Below are positions 10,701-22,039 of a stretch of DNA of 64,000 nt, piece after piece; the stretch's first letter is position 1; each line of letters opens with the position of its first letter. Under the pieces are notes generated by a model that was not told where the DNA came from, did no database searches, and saw nothing but the letters and a program-made list of their open reading frames with translations. A program made the translations under genes and the position numbers. The stretch spans positions 22,692,001 to 22,756,000 of the forward strand of contig NC_086124.1 of NCBI RefSeq assembly GCF_963921235.1. Direction: 5' to 3'. Origin of the DNA: Mobula hypostoma. Lineage: Eukaryota.

Positions 10701-13700
10701 TCAAACAAAATTTTATTATCAGAGTGCATATATGTCACCATCTACAACCCTGAGATTCATTTTCCTGTGGGCAAACTCTGCCAATGTATAGACTAGTAAG
10801 TATAACAGGACCAATGAAAGGCCGCCCAACTAGGGCGATCAGCGGTGACTCGGTTTCTTCCCAGCTGGGGCTGGCTGGGCAGGAGTGGATGGGTTGCATT
10901 GGTGGGTGGGGAAGGTTTGGGTTTCAGTGGCGGGGTTGGGGGCAGGTTTGGGTTTGTATCGGTGGCTGGGGCAGGTTTGGGTTTGTATTGGTGGCTGGGG
11001 CAGTTTTGGTGACGAGGTGTGGGGGCAGGTTTGGGTTTGTATCGGTGGCTGGGGCAAGTTTGGGTGACAGGGTGGGGGGGGGTTGCAAGTGACCCACCGA
11101 TACTCTTCTCAACCTTTCTGCTCTTGCGCTGCCCCGGCCGCAGAGTCCCAGAGGTACCAGGAGAAGTGGAAGGAAGGCAGCCGGGATGACGGGACCCTCA
11201 GCATCCCTCTGCTGATGCAGAACCAGGCGCCCCATGGATACGAGGACGGGGAGAAGGTCAACGTGGAGCTGCGGCCGGAGTCGGTGGGTCAGGGGTCAGA
11301 GATGTGTTGGGATGGGGGGAACGCTAACCTTTTTAGCAACCACTGATTTAACCCTAGTCTGATCACGGGACAACTTACAGTGTTCAATTAACCTACCAAC
11401 CAGTGCATCTTCGGAATGTGGCAGGAAACTGAGCTCCCGGAGGAAAGTTGTGTGGTCTCGGAGAGAGCGTACAAACCCGTTACAGGCAGCGGTGGGGATT
11501 GGTACTGTAAAGCGTTGTGCAGGGTGAGGCCTGTGGGCAGTAGCGGTGACGAGGAATGTGCCCCCACTGCAAGAATGCAGTGTGGAGGGATCTCCCTCAC
11601 CACCCGTATTGACCGCGGAGGGGTAGAGAGAACGCGAGACAGTTCGGAGGAGGGGTCTGCCCTCTTGGGAGGGGCGGTGAGAAGGGATGTATAGCCCCCC
11701 GCCCATCAATTCATGTTGACTAGGAGGGGCAGGGCTGTCCAATGTGTGAGAGGGGCTCTGGGGTTGCATCTCCTCCACTGTGGGAGGGATGTGAGGCGGG
11801 GACTTGGTGCAGTGGGGCAGGACTGTCCAGTGTGTGAAATGATGGGGAGGGGTTGTCCCGTGGGGAGGGGTGAGGAAGTGGGACGTTTCTCGCTGACTGA
11901 CCAGCGCTCCCCCACCGCTCAGTCCACAGCGGAAGACTACGAGTCGGTGCCTGTGGAAGCCTACGGCATGGCCATGCTGAGAGGCATGGGCTGGAAGGAG
12001 GGAGAGGGAATCGGACGCACGTTCAAGCAGTGAGTTGGGGTGCTGGGGGAGCCCGTGCGAGGCGGGATCTGTCAGTGTGGGCGGAGTCTTAAGAGGCGGG
12101 ATCTGTCAGTGTGGGCGGAGTCTGTAAGAGGCGGGATCTGTCAGTGTGGGCGGAGTCTGTAAGAGGCGGGATCTGTCAGTGTGGGCGGAGTCTGTAAGAG
12201 GCGGGATCTGTCAGTGTGGGCGGAGTCTGTAAGAGGCGGGATCTGTCAGTGTGGGCGGAGTCTGTAAGAGGCGGGATCTGTCAGTGTGGGCGGAGTCTGT
12301 AAGAGGCGGGATCTGTCAGTGTGGGCGGAGTCTGTAAGAGGCGGGATCTGTCAGTGTGGGCGGAGTCTGTAAGAGGCGGGATCTGTCAGTATGGGCGGAG
12401 TTTGTTAGAGGTCGGATCTGTCAGTATGGGCGGAGCCTGTAAGAGGCGGGATCTGTCAGTGTGGGCGGAGTCTGTAAGAGGCGGGATCTGTCAGTGTATT
12501 GGGGCCTATCAGAGACGGGATCTGTCAGTGTGGGCAGGGGCAGAACTGTCGATGTAGTTGGAGCTTTATCAGGTTGAGGGGGGAGCCAGCGTGGTAATTT
12601 CTACCCCTTTCCCTTTCTCTATTTTCAATTCTGCATTACGGGTGGGAGGGGACAGGGTCAGTGATTGGTGGGAGGCTCAGAGGTCGCAGTCATTGATTGA
12701 CGGGTGGATCAGTGGGTGGGGCAGAGGCCAGGACCGGTGACTGGTGGTTGGATCAGAGGTCATGGTCAGTGACTCGCGGTTGGGCCGGAGGGCAGGGTCA
12801 GTGACTGATCGGCAGGTGGCGCCTGTGATGATCTCTGTTTCTCCCCCCCCCCCACCCCCCGAGGGATGTGAAGCCATTGGAGCAGCAGCTGCGGCCTAAG
12901 GGGCTGGGACTGGGGGCGGACCGGTCCGTGGCCCGGGACCTGGAGCCGAGCCGTCCCACCAGGCCCCCAAAACCGGGCGAGGAGCGGCCGGAGGAGGAGC
13001 CGCAGGGCCCAGCTCTGGGCAGGAAGGTTCAGATCCGGCAGGGACCCCACCGGGATCTGTACGGACAGGTAAACCAGGTCCAAAACCTCCCCTCCCAGAA
13101 CACCACCCCCATCTCCCCTCCATCAGCACCCCCACCCCTCACTGCCCATGGGACAGAGCTGTAGGGTCAGGTAACCCTCCTGGGACTAACCTTCTGTCTC
13201 ACACACCTGTGGGACCCTCCCCACCAAGAGCATTATGGAGAGATAACACCTTGTCGCCTCCTCTCTCTCTCTTTCTTTATAGGCTTCCGCTAGTCTCATG
13301 AGACCATGGATTTGCCCCTTGGAAGGTTTCCAGGGTGCAGGCCTGGGCAAGGTTGTATGGAAGAACAGCAGTTGCCCATGCTGCAAGTCTCCCCTCTCCA
13401 CGCCACCGATGTTGTCCAAGGGAAGGGCATTAGGACCCATACAGCTTGGCACCGGTATCGTCGCAGAGCAATGTGTGGTTAAGTGCCTTGCTCAAGGACA
13501 CAACACACTGCCTCACCCAAGGCTCGAACTAGCGACCTTCAGATCACTAGACCGACGCCTTAACCACTTGGCCACGTGCCAACGCTCTCTCTCCTACCCC
13601 ACTAGAAACTGAACAGATAAGTAACCCCGTTTCATTCTCTCCCCCCCCCCCACCGGGTGTGAATGAAGGTCCACAAGTGTCAGCATCTCTGACGACCCAT

Positions 13701-16700
13701 CCTGACCCTCGCGTTTCGATACCATTACAAAGAAGGCAAGACAGCGGCTATATTTCATCAGCGGTTTGAGGGGATGTGGTTTGTCACGGCAGATGTGTAC
13801 AGATGTACCGTGGAGAGCGTTCTGACTGACTGCCTTCACGGTCCGGTATGGGGGTGTGGGTGGTGGTGTCGGGCTTCAGCACAGGCTCAATAGCAGCTGC
13901 ATCATGGACACTGGCCTCTTCAGCATCCAGGACATCGAGGTGCGCTGCCTCGAAAAGGTGGCATCCATTATTACGGACCCCCATCACACGGGATAGGCCC
14001 CTTTCTCACTGTTACCATCAGGAAGGAGGTACAGGAGCTCCATCCCTCCCCCTCCCACTTTCAAATCCCTTACTCACTCTTCCTTCAGTTATCCTGACGA
14101 AGGGTCTCGGCCCGAAACGTCGACTGTACCTCTTCCTAGAGATGCTGCCTGGCCTGCTGCGTTCACCAGCAACTCTGATGTGTGTTGCTTGAAATTCCAG
14201 CATCTGCAGATTTCCTCGTGTTTGCGAGGTACAGGAGCCTGAAGACAGACACTCAGTGAATCAGGAACAGCTTCTTCCCCTCCGCCATCAGATTTCTGAA
14301 CGGACATGGAACCCATGAACACTACCTCGACGTTTTTCCCTCTTTTTTTGTACAACTTAATAATAATTATATATTATTATTATTATTTGGTTTTTATTAC
14401 TATGTATGGCAACGTACTGCTGCCCCAACACAACAAGTTTCATGGCATGTGCCAGTGACACTAAACTTGATTTTGATTCTAACTACCCCCGCAGATCGAA
14501 GGGCTGGACCCTGACAACGCCCGCGTGGTGGTACGGCTGGCGCTGGGCAACGAGGCGGTGACCGTCAGTCAGTACGGGCTGAATTACGTCAGCGCCGGAG
14601 AGTACCAGCGTTACAGCCGCGACCTGAGTGAGTTGGGGTTGGGGACTGCGCGGGTCAGAGGAGACGGGGTCGCTGCCTGCACTGGGACTGTGCTTGCATA
14701 CAAGCCCCTGGCCTGCGTAACACCGAGCTCCCCTCGACAGCACACAAGGGAGCAGAGAGATAGCGTTAGAGAGGGGATGTGGATAGAGGCGCCAGTATGT
14801 GGGGGGGGGGAAGGGTGAAGAGAGACACGGGTGAGGACAGGTGCTGTGGATGGAGGGATAAGGAGGTGGTTGGAGATGGGGGAGGCCTCTCTCAGCTCAA
14901 TGTCTTTTCCTTCCCTCCCACAGGCCGGCTCAGCGCCGCCCACAGGGAAAGCCAACGGCAGCAGGAAGCCACGCGGGGCAAGGAGGTTGAGAAGGAGAAA
15001 CGCACAGAACACCGGGAAAGGAAGAGGAAGCATGAGGCCAGCGCAGAGAGGTGGGTCCGACCCCGCATCTGTGGAGGGAGTACTGGGAGACCTCAGTATA
15101 CGAGGGTAGGACACACACTGTGAATGGTGGGGAGTGTCGAAGGATAGAGGGACCTCGGTCGACGAGGGCAGGACACACACTGTGAATGGTGGGGAGTGTC
15201 GAAGGATAGAGGGATCTCGGTGTGCGAGGGTAGGACACACACCGTGAATAGTGGGGAGTGTCGAGGGACAGAGGGACCTCAGTGTACAAGGGTAGGACAC
15301 CGTGAATGGGGGGAGTGTCGAGGGACAGAGGGACCTCGGTGTACAAGGGTAGGACACTGTGAATGGGGGGAGTGTCGAGGGACAGAGGGACCTCAGTATA
15401 CGAGGGTAGGACACATACCGTGAATGGTGGGGAGTGTTGAGGCACAGAGGGACCTCGGTGTACAATGGCAGGACACACTTTGTGTCAAGGGATAGAACGA
15501 CCTCACACACATTGTGAATGGTGGGGGGGTGTTGAGGGACACGGGGATCTCGGTGTACAAGGGTAGGACACACACCGTGAACGGGGGGAGTGTCGAGGGA
15601 CACAGGGATCTCGGTGTACAAGGGTAGGACACACACCGTGAACGGTGGGGAGTGCTGAGGGACAGAGGGACCTTGGTGTACAATGGCAGGACACACTTTG
15701 TGTCAAGGGATAGAACGACCTCACACACATTGTGAATGGTGGGGGGGTGTTGAGGGACACAGGGATCTCGGTGTACAAGGGTAGGACACACACCGTGAAC
15801 GGGGGGAGTGTCGAGGGACACAGTGATCTCGGTGTACAAAGGTAGGACACACACCGTGAATGGTGGGGAGGGTCGAGGGACACAGTGATCTCGGTGTACA
15901 AAGGTAGGACACACACCGTGAATGGTGGGGAGTGTGGAGGGAGAGAGGGACCTCGGTGTACGAGGGTAGGACACACACCATTAGTGATGTTGTCGCAGGA
16001 GTGAGGAAGGGGAAGTGTGATGCGGAGGAGGATGTACTGTGGGAGGGGTTGTGCTCTGCCCCACAGGGACGGGAGGTGGGAGCAGTGAGGAAGGGGGTAG
16101 TACCCAGGCAGCTAACGGTCACTGCTCTGCCCCCACAGGGACAGGAAACGGGACAAGCGGCCGAGCAGCCCCACTCCCCGCCGCCCGTGTTGGCTGCACA
16201 GTGACCTGCTGGTCCGGCTCATCGACCGGCGCTACCAGAAGGGAGCCTACTACAACTGCAAGGTAACCCCGGCCTGGGTCACGGGGCTGGAGGTCGGAGG
16301 GCAAGGGGCAGTGACGATGCGGGGAGGGGGAGGGGGGATAAGGTGGGGGGAGGTGAAGGAGAGGGAAGTTCAGGGACGGTGTGAGGTATGCGGGGATGGG
16401 AAGGCAGGAGGGTGAAGGGGAAGATGGAGGTCAGTGGGAAGGGGGAGGGTGGGGATGAGGTGGGTGGAGGTCTGGGAAGGGGTAAGGGCAGGGCTGGGGG
16501 AAGATGGAGGTCTGTGGGACGGAGGGAAGGGCAGGGGTTGGGAGGTGAGGGGGAAGATCAGGGTAGCTGGTGACAAGTGGACATCAGCTGGTGACGGGAG
16601 AGGAAGAGAGGAGGTGGGAAGAAGGGTCGGGGTTGTGGGGGAGGGAGGGAAGGTGGGACAGTGGGGGAGAACATTCAGAGATTTGGGGTGTAAAGGTGAA

Positions 16701-18919
16701 GGGAAGGGGTGAGTGTGGGGAAGGAGGGGAGAGGGAAAGGAGAAGGGGACAGTGGAAGCGTATGAGCCTCCTTCCACACTGATTCTGATTTTTTCTCTCT
16801 CTCCGCCCCACCTCTAGGTCACCATCGAGGACGTGCTGAGCACTGACTCGTGTGTGTGTCGGACCGACGGTGGACGACTTCTGGAAGGTGGGAATCTCAG
16901 GACCGCGGGTGGGTGGGGAGGGTGGTGGCGGAGCACTGAGGGAGAGGCAAGGAAGGGCAAACGACCCGAGGCTGCAGAGCTGGGGCCGGGGCGACGGTGA
17001 AGTCCAGAGCAAGTGGCTGGGGGACAAGAAGGCATATGGTACACTTGCCTTCAAAGTCAGCTTGCCCACAGTTTTATTTATTGAGATACAGCGTGGGACA
17101 GGCCCTTGGAGACTCACCAACAGCAACGCACCGATTTTAACTACAGACAATTTGCAACGACCAATTAACCCACCAACCAGTACGTCTTTGGACTGTGGGA
17201 CGGAAACCCACACATTCCACGGGGAGGACGTACAGGCTCCTTACAGATTGAACTCTGACACATCGAGCTGTAATGGGAGTCGCACTATCCACTACGCTAC
17301 CGTGGCACCCAGGGAGCTGGTCAGCGGCACTTATTTTGGCTGGAAGTCCCTGACCAGTGATTACCGCTGTCTAAAACTCTGCTTAGGCCTTTTGTGTTCA
17401 GTTCTGGTCGCCCTGTCACGGGAAGAAGATACGGGGGGGCTTTGGAGAGGGGGCAGAAGAGGTTCACCGGGATGCTGCCTGGGTTACAACGATGAGCTTA
17501 CAAAGTGAGGTTGGAAAAACTTGGGTTGTTTTCCTCCAAAGCGGCGAGGGCTGAGAAGTTGATTAAGATTGTAAGAGGGTTAGATGAGAGGCCAATATCT
17601 ATCCCCCCCACCCCCGAGCAGGATCAAAATGGCTTTTTGCTGGGCGTGTCGATAAGGTGAGAGGATTGAAAGGCGTGCAGGGTAAACCTGGTACCAGAGC
17701 ACCGTAGCTGTTGTCGTGTTGCTATTACAGCTCGGGCTGTCGGGGCTTGAAGTTCGTTCCCCGCGTACTCTTCATGGAGTTTGTACATCCTTGCCGTGGA
17801 TCGTGTGGGTTTCCTCCTACCCTCCAAAGATGTATTGGTTAGTTGGGTCATTAGAGTTGCCAGTGTCTCGAAGGACCTGTTCCATGCTGTTTCCTGAAAT
17901 AAATAGTTTTTCTTTACCAGAGTGCTGGCACTGCCAGGGTTGGTGATGGTGGAGGCAGATACAATAGAGAGGCACATGGAAGGCAGAGAACGGAGGGAAA
18001 TGGGATTTATGTCAGTGTTGTTGGGTATTTGAATATTGACGTAGTCGGGTGCAACGTTGTGGGCCGAATGGTCTCGTTCCGGTGCCGTCGGATCTCACCC
18101 TCCCTCTCCCGACAGGGATTAAACAGTCAATGCTAGAGACGGTGATTCCCAAGTCGGATTCTGCTCACATCATGGTGGTGCTTGGCGAACACAGAGGCGC
18201 GGTGAGTGAGTCTGCACCCCACCCCCGCGCGCTTGCACACCCTTCGTTACCTCGCTGCTGGGGACGGGAGGGTGCTGTGTGTACACAGGGTTCTCAGTAG
18301 CTGGGCTCGGGTGCTTCACCGGACACTCCTCCCTGGACGGACGGAGTGCTGACTGATACCCACTGGTCCCAGGGACGGGAGGGAGCTCTGTCAGCAGGGC
18401 TCGGGTGGTTCCCCCACCCACCCGCCGACACTCCTGTGTGGTGCGTGTGTGTCTCTGCCTCTGTCTCTCTCTATCGCCCTGGTGCTGTGAGCGGGAAAGA
18501 GCTGGGTTGTCAGTAGCTGGGCTTGGGTGCTGCCCCTGACACTCCTGTGTGGTGCGTGTGTCTCTCTATCACCCTGGTGCTGTGAGCGGGAAAGAGCTGT
18601 GTGTCCATCCACAGTGTTGTGTGTAGCTAGGCTTGGGTGCTGCCCCTGACACTCCTGTGTGCGTGTGTGTGTCTCTCTATCACCCTGGTGCTGTGAGCAG
18701 GAGAGAGCTGTGTGTCCCTCCACAGGGTTGTCAGTAGTTGAGCTCGGTTGCTCCCCCCTGACACTCCTCTTGCCTTCTCTTTCCCAGGTGGGCCGGATAC
18801 TGAAGCGGGACAGAGCGAAGTGCCAGGCGCTGGTACAGCTGCAACGTAACGAGGAACACCTCCTGCAGCTGGACTACGACACCATCTGCCACTATGTAGG
18901 GGCGTCGGGGAGCGACTGA
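4549..18919 (+). CDS. GPKOW: G-patch domain and KOW motifs-containing protein (Spp2/MOS2 homolog), 11 coding exons, 1449 nt, 482 aa
   Basis: join(4549-4712,7218-7378,11144-11283,11923-12029,12864-13068,14495-14627,14924-15050,16139-16262,16818-16887,18116-18201,18788-18919). Phases are consistent and there is no internal stop. Motifs: SFGFTRT, G-patch [18 protein letters not shown]...[13 protein letters not shown]-like segments, [13 protein letters not shown]-terminal LDYDTICHY. Confidence 0.96.
6700..7170. repeat. 33-bp minisatellite (cttccccattgacatgtgtccgtctccctctcc)n at the 3' end of GPKOW intron 1
   Basis: Visible period of 33; gives an 11-aa repeat in the ORF track. Confidence 0.92.
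7218..7378 (+). CDS. GPKOW: GPKOW exon 2 ([20 protein letters not shown]...AVQELIE)
   Basis: Acceptor ccag|, donor G|gtgcgg. Confidence 0.92.
7675..8590 (+). mobile_element. CR1 LINE 3' end, young (ORF2 C-terminus still open)
   Basis: [10 protein letters not shown]...[15 protein letters not shown]...[15 protein letters not shown]; 3' hairpin and (TTCTATGT)n tail. Confidence 0.92.
9027..9546 (-). mobile_element. CR1 LINE 3' fragment
   Basis: [10 protein letters not shown]...[14 protein letters not shown]; (ttctatg) tail. Confidence 0.88.
11144..11283 (+). CDS. GPKOW: GPKOW exon 3 (ESQRY...[10 protein letters not shown]...LRPES)
   Basis: Acceptor gcag|, donor TCG|gtgggt. Confidence 0.92.
11923..12029 (+). 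CDS. GPKOW: GPKOW exon 4 (G-patch, [35 protein letters not shown])
   Basis: Acceptor tcag|, donor CA|gtgagt; canonical G-patch sequence. Confidence 0.96.
12059..12535. repeat. 35-bp minisatellite (gaggcgggatctgtcagtgtgggcggagtctgtaa)n, ~13 copies
   Basis: Period of 35 (for example 12121, 12156). Confidence 0.95.
12864..13068 (+). CDS. GPKOW: GPKOW exon 5 ([19 protein letters not shown]...GPHRDLYGQ)
   Basis: GAG acceptor after a long C tract; donor CAG|gtaaac. Confidence 0.9.
13278..13580 (-). mobile_element. tRNA-derived CORE-type SINE
   Basis: A box TGGCCAAGTGG, B box GTTCGAGCC, CORE-like GTGTCCTTGAGCAAGGCACTTAACC. Confidence 0.8.
14039..14225 (+). mobile_element. Short Penelope-terminus copy with hammerhead motif, 13-bp TSD
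   Basis: CTGACGA at 14094-14100 ... GAAACGTCGACT; GAGGTACAGGAGC at 14026-14038 and 14226-14238. Confidence 0.88.
14495..14627 (+). CDS. GPKOW: GPKOW exon 6 ([18 protein letters not shown]...YSRDL)
   Basis: Acceptor gcag|, donor A|gtgagt. Confidence 0.93.
14924..15050 (+). CDS. GPKOW: GPKOW exon 7 (charged linker, RKRKHE)
   Basis: Polypyrimidine tract then acag|; donor AG|gtgggt; phases match. Confidence 0.88.
15085..15978. repeat. ~60-bp minisatellite with a ~218-bp higher-order duplication, GPKOW intron 7
   Basis: Unit gggacctcggtgtacaagggtaggacacacaccgtgaatggtggggagtgtcgagggacaga; a variant block recurs at ~15464 and ~15682. Confidence 0.92.
16139..16262 (+). CDS. GPKOW: GPKOW exon 8 ([24 protein letters not shown])
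   Basis: Acceptor acag|, donor AAG|gtaacc. Confidence 0.93.
16818..16887 (+). CDS. GPKOW: GPKOW exon 9 ([23 protein letters not shown])
   Basis: Acceptor ctag|, donor G|gtggga. Confidence 0.93.
18116..18201 (+). CDS. GPKOW: GPKOW exon 10 ([12 protein letters not shown]...[10 protein letters not shown])
   Basis: Acceptor acag|, donor GCG|gtgagt. Confidence 0.94.
18420..18770. repeat. ~110-bp tandem repeat (3 copies) in GPKOW intron 10
   Basis: ccctgacactcctgtgt...caccctggtgctgtgagc recurs. Confidence 0.8.
18788..18919 (+). CDS. GPKOW: GPKOW exon 11 (VGRILKRDR...[16 protein letters not shown])
   Basis: Acceptor ccag|, TGA at 18917-18919. Confidence 0.94.
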   Translation: MGRILKRDRAKCQALVQLQRNEEHLLQLDYDTICHYVGASGSD

Positions 18920-19344
18920 AGGAGTCTGTGGATGGCTGGGATGGGGGGAGCGAGAGACAGTCCCAATAAACCCCCCAGCATTTCCCTCTCCACTTGTTCT
19001 TTCCATGTCTGCTGACACTCAGCGCTAGAGGGAGCCAATCGGAGTGGTTGAACTGATGGCCGCTCCTCGTCTCCACCGGGGACCTGGCCCCACCTCCCCT
19101 GTGAGGTTTTGACCCCCAATCTCCTCGGATTTGGCCCCGTTCCTCGCAGTGACCCGCTGCTCAAGCAGGGGGCCGGTACCCCTGCCCACAGATGCCCTCC
19201 TGTGGCGCTACTGTGCTACTGCAACTCAGGGTCGAGTGTGGTGGGAGAGTGAAGAGGAGTCCACACTGCTGGGTCACACTGTGGCTTCGGTGGGTTTGTA
19301 TCCCCCTGCTGGCCCATACAGGACCCATATTCCATAAGCTGGTG

Positions 19345-19350
19345 AATAAA
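19345..19350 (+). terminator. GPKOW polyadenylation signal (distal AATAAA; a proximal one is at 18965-18970)
   Basis: AATAAA followed ~25 nt later by GT-rich tgtgtctgtgtgtc. Confidence 0.65.
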
Positions 19351-19719
19351 AGCTTAATGTTACAGACGTGACAATGTGTCTGTGTGTCTAGGGAGAGGGC
19401 TGGGTGAGGTGAGGCTGCTGAGAGAATGGGACAGTGGGATTAGTTTGGGGATGGACACAGGGCTGTGCTGATTTTCCTGAAGGTTACTTTTATCACGCGG
19501 GGAGAAGTGTGTGCCTGGGGTAGAGGCCGGTACAATAGAGGTGTTTGAGAGGCTGTTGGACAGGAATATGAATGAGCAGGGAGAATAGATTAGATGTTAT
19601 CAGCTTGATTAGATCAGCAAAACATCACAGTGGGGCAGGATATACGGTGTAGATTCCAGTTAATCAGGGCAGCCGTTTATTTGGGACAAAGACTAATCAT
19701 CAAAATAGATGGGATTCTA

Positions 19720-20870
19720 AGTTCCAGTGGGGTGAGGCAGGTAGAGCAATTGGACACGAAGGCGTCTCTATTCACAGGCTGGACTGAACTGCTGATTCGG
19801 AAAAGGCAAATGGTGGAGGTGTGTGTTTCATGATAAACTCTTGGTGGTTCTCCGATGTGGCGGTTTTGTCGAACCCGTATTCTTCTGACCTTGAACACCG
19901 AATGATCGAATGCTGCCTGTTCTATGTACCGAGGGCTCTTCCATAATCCTGACCGCAGTTCACATGCTGCCGGCAGCCAACTGCAATCAGGTGCTTGAGA
20001 TACTGTAGTGTGTGCTGTCTCCAAACAAGAAACAGTCCATCCCGCTGCATTTCAACTGTTAGTCAGGGATTTCAGCTAGACTTGTGTGAAGAAAACCCTA
20101 TAATCAGCCTATAAACTGTAACACCAAGGGTCTGAACGTACTAGACCATTGTTACACTAAGATAAGGAATGCCTAGCATTCTATGGCCAGACCGCACTTT
20201 GGTAAATCCAATCACTTGGTGGTCCTCCAACCTGCACGCAGGCAGAGGATAAGGAGCGAAGCTCCAGAGGAGCGGCTGAGTGATTGTTCCGAGTCAGTGA
20301 ACTGGGCTGTGTTCAATGACTCATCTGTGGATCTGAATAAACATACCATCGTTGTCATGGATTTAATTAAAACGGTCGTAGATGAGTGTGTTTCCCCCAA
20401 GATCATTCAGTCTTTCCCAACAAGATGCTCTGGATGAAGTATGAGATCTGCGGTCTGCTGAGGGCCATATCAGCCTTTCAAGTCTCGTGACTATGAAAAC
20501 TACAAGAAGTCCCAGTATGATCTCCAGAAAACCATCTCATGGGCAAAGTAGCAATTCTGGACTAAATTTGAATCAACAAAGGAACTGGACAGTTGTGGCA
20601 GGGCTTGAATACTATCACCTCTTATGAACTTAAATCAAGTGACATAGGTGACAACAGGGCTTCACTTCCAGATGGGGCTCAATGCCTTCTGTGCTCACAT
20701 ACGTGAACCATCACGAACTCCCACAGCCCCTGATGACCCTGTGGTTTCAGTCTCTGAGGCTGTCATGCGAGCAGCCTTTAGGCAGTTGAACCTGTAAGAG
20801 CATCCAGCCCAGACCTGGGCCAAGTATTAAAGACCTGTGTCGATCAACCGGTTGTAGTGTTCACTGAGGT
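19720..20870 (+). mobile_element. Decayed Rex1/Babar-type LINE (endonuclease-linker region)
   Basis: Partly homologous to 27150-27520; ggtggaggtgtgtgtttcatgataaac (GGGVCFMIN) motif. Confidence 0.7.
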
Positions 20871-22003
20871 AACAGCATTCACTTTGCAAGGGGTGACAGT
20901 ATTTGCCCAACCCTGCCACAGCCGTCAAGCATCCAAAGCTATTTCAGAATTGCCACTTTGCCCATGGATTGGCTTTCCGGAGACCGAACACGGACCTCTT
21001 GGATCTTAAATTTTAAAAAGTGCAAAAAGAGGAATAGAGAGGTAGTGTACATGGGTTCAATGCCCATTTGGAAATCTGATGGCGGAAGGGAAGCCATTCT
21101 TGTGACTTCCAGCTCCTGCACCACCACCTCAATGGCAGTGATAAGAAGAGAGCATGCCCTGGTTGCTGAGGTCCGTGTGATGGATGCCACCTTGAGGTAC
21201 CTCCTCATGAAGATGTCCGCCATGGTGAGGAAGGCTGTGCCCATGATAGACTTGGCTGAATCTACGACCCTCTGCAGTCTCTGGTGTTGAAGCCCCAGCA
21301 CACCATCACGCTCTACACCGACGTCCTGCTGCTTGGTAAACACTGATGCAAGGCACACCATTTAGGGCCACTGTTGAACCTCCTGTAAGCTTCTGCCCCC
21401 AAGCTCCCAGAGATCGAGCTCGTTTTGGTTGCCTTCAAGGCTTGGATTTCCTCGCGGAGGCCAGCCCGCCCCCCCCCCCACCCTCTCGCTGTGTTCCACT
21501 CACCCTGTGGTTCTCCAGATCCCTCTGACAGAAACACTTCAGTCAGATTTGCAGAGCAACACACTATCGATGCAGGCCCTTCGGCCCCACTAATCCATGC
21601 CAACCATGGTCCCCGGCCAACTTCTTGCATTCAGCCCATATCCCTCCATTTGTATGTACCTATCCAAGTCATTCTTAAATGATACTAGTGTTGTACTTGC
21701 CTTAACCACTTCCTCCAGCAACTCATTCCAAATACTCACTGGGTGAAAAAGTCGCCCATCAGGTTCCCATCCCACCCTCAACCTGCATCCCCTAGTCCTG
21801 GACTCCCCTACCCTGGGGCAAAGACTGTCACCGGCTATCTTGTCTATGTTTCTCGTGGCAAGGTGGAGATGCGTCCCTACCACAGGAGGTGGAAGGCGCT
21901 CCACTCCGGTAGCCCGTAGGTCACCCTTGAGCAAGGTGTAGCACCTCACATCAAAGTTGCTGGTGAACGCAGCAGGCCAGGCAGCATCTGTAGGAAGAGG
22001 TGC

Positions 22004-22039
22004 AGTCGACGTTTCAGGCTGAGACCCTTCGTCAGGACT
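22004..22039 (-). ncRNA. Minimal hammerhead ribozyme motif in the minus arm of the Penelope insertion
   Basis: Reverse complement reads agtcCTGACGAagggtctcagcctGAAAcgtcgact. Confidence 0.78.

Noticed and set aside
12059-12535. CRISPR-like appearance of the 35-38 bp repeats (also 53931-55613)
   Set aside because: The units are contiguous with no unique spacers, there are no cas genes, and the context is a vertebrate intron.
13500-13580. Possible tRNA gene
   Set aside because: The tRNA-like head is followed by a CORE domain and LINE-type tail, with no proper acceptor stem or terminator, so it is a SINE.
14611-15976. Long overlapping ORFs (361, 193, 182 aa) with repeated [16 protein letters not shown]
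   Set aside because: They are open in several frames because of the ~60-bp tandem repeat.
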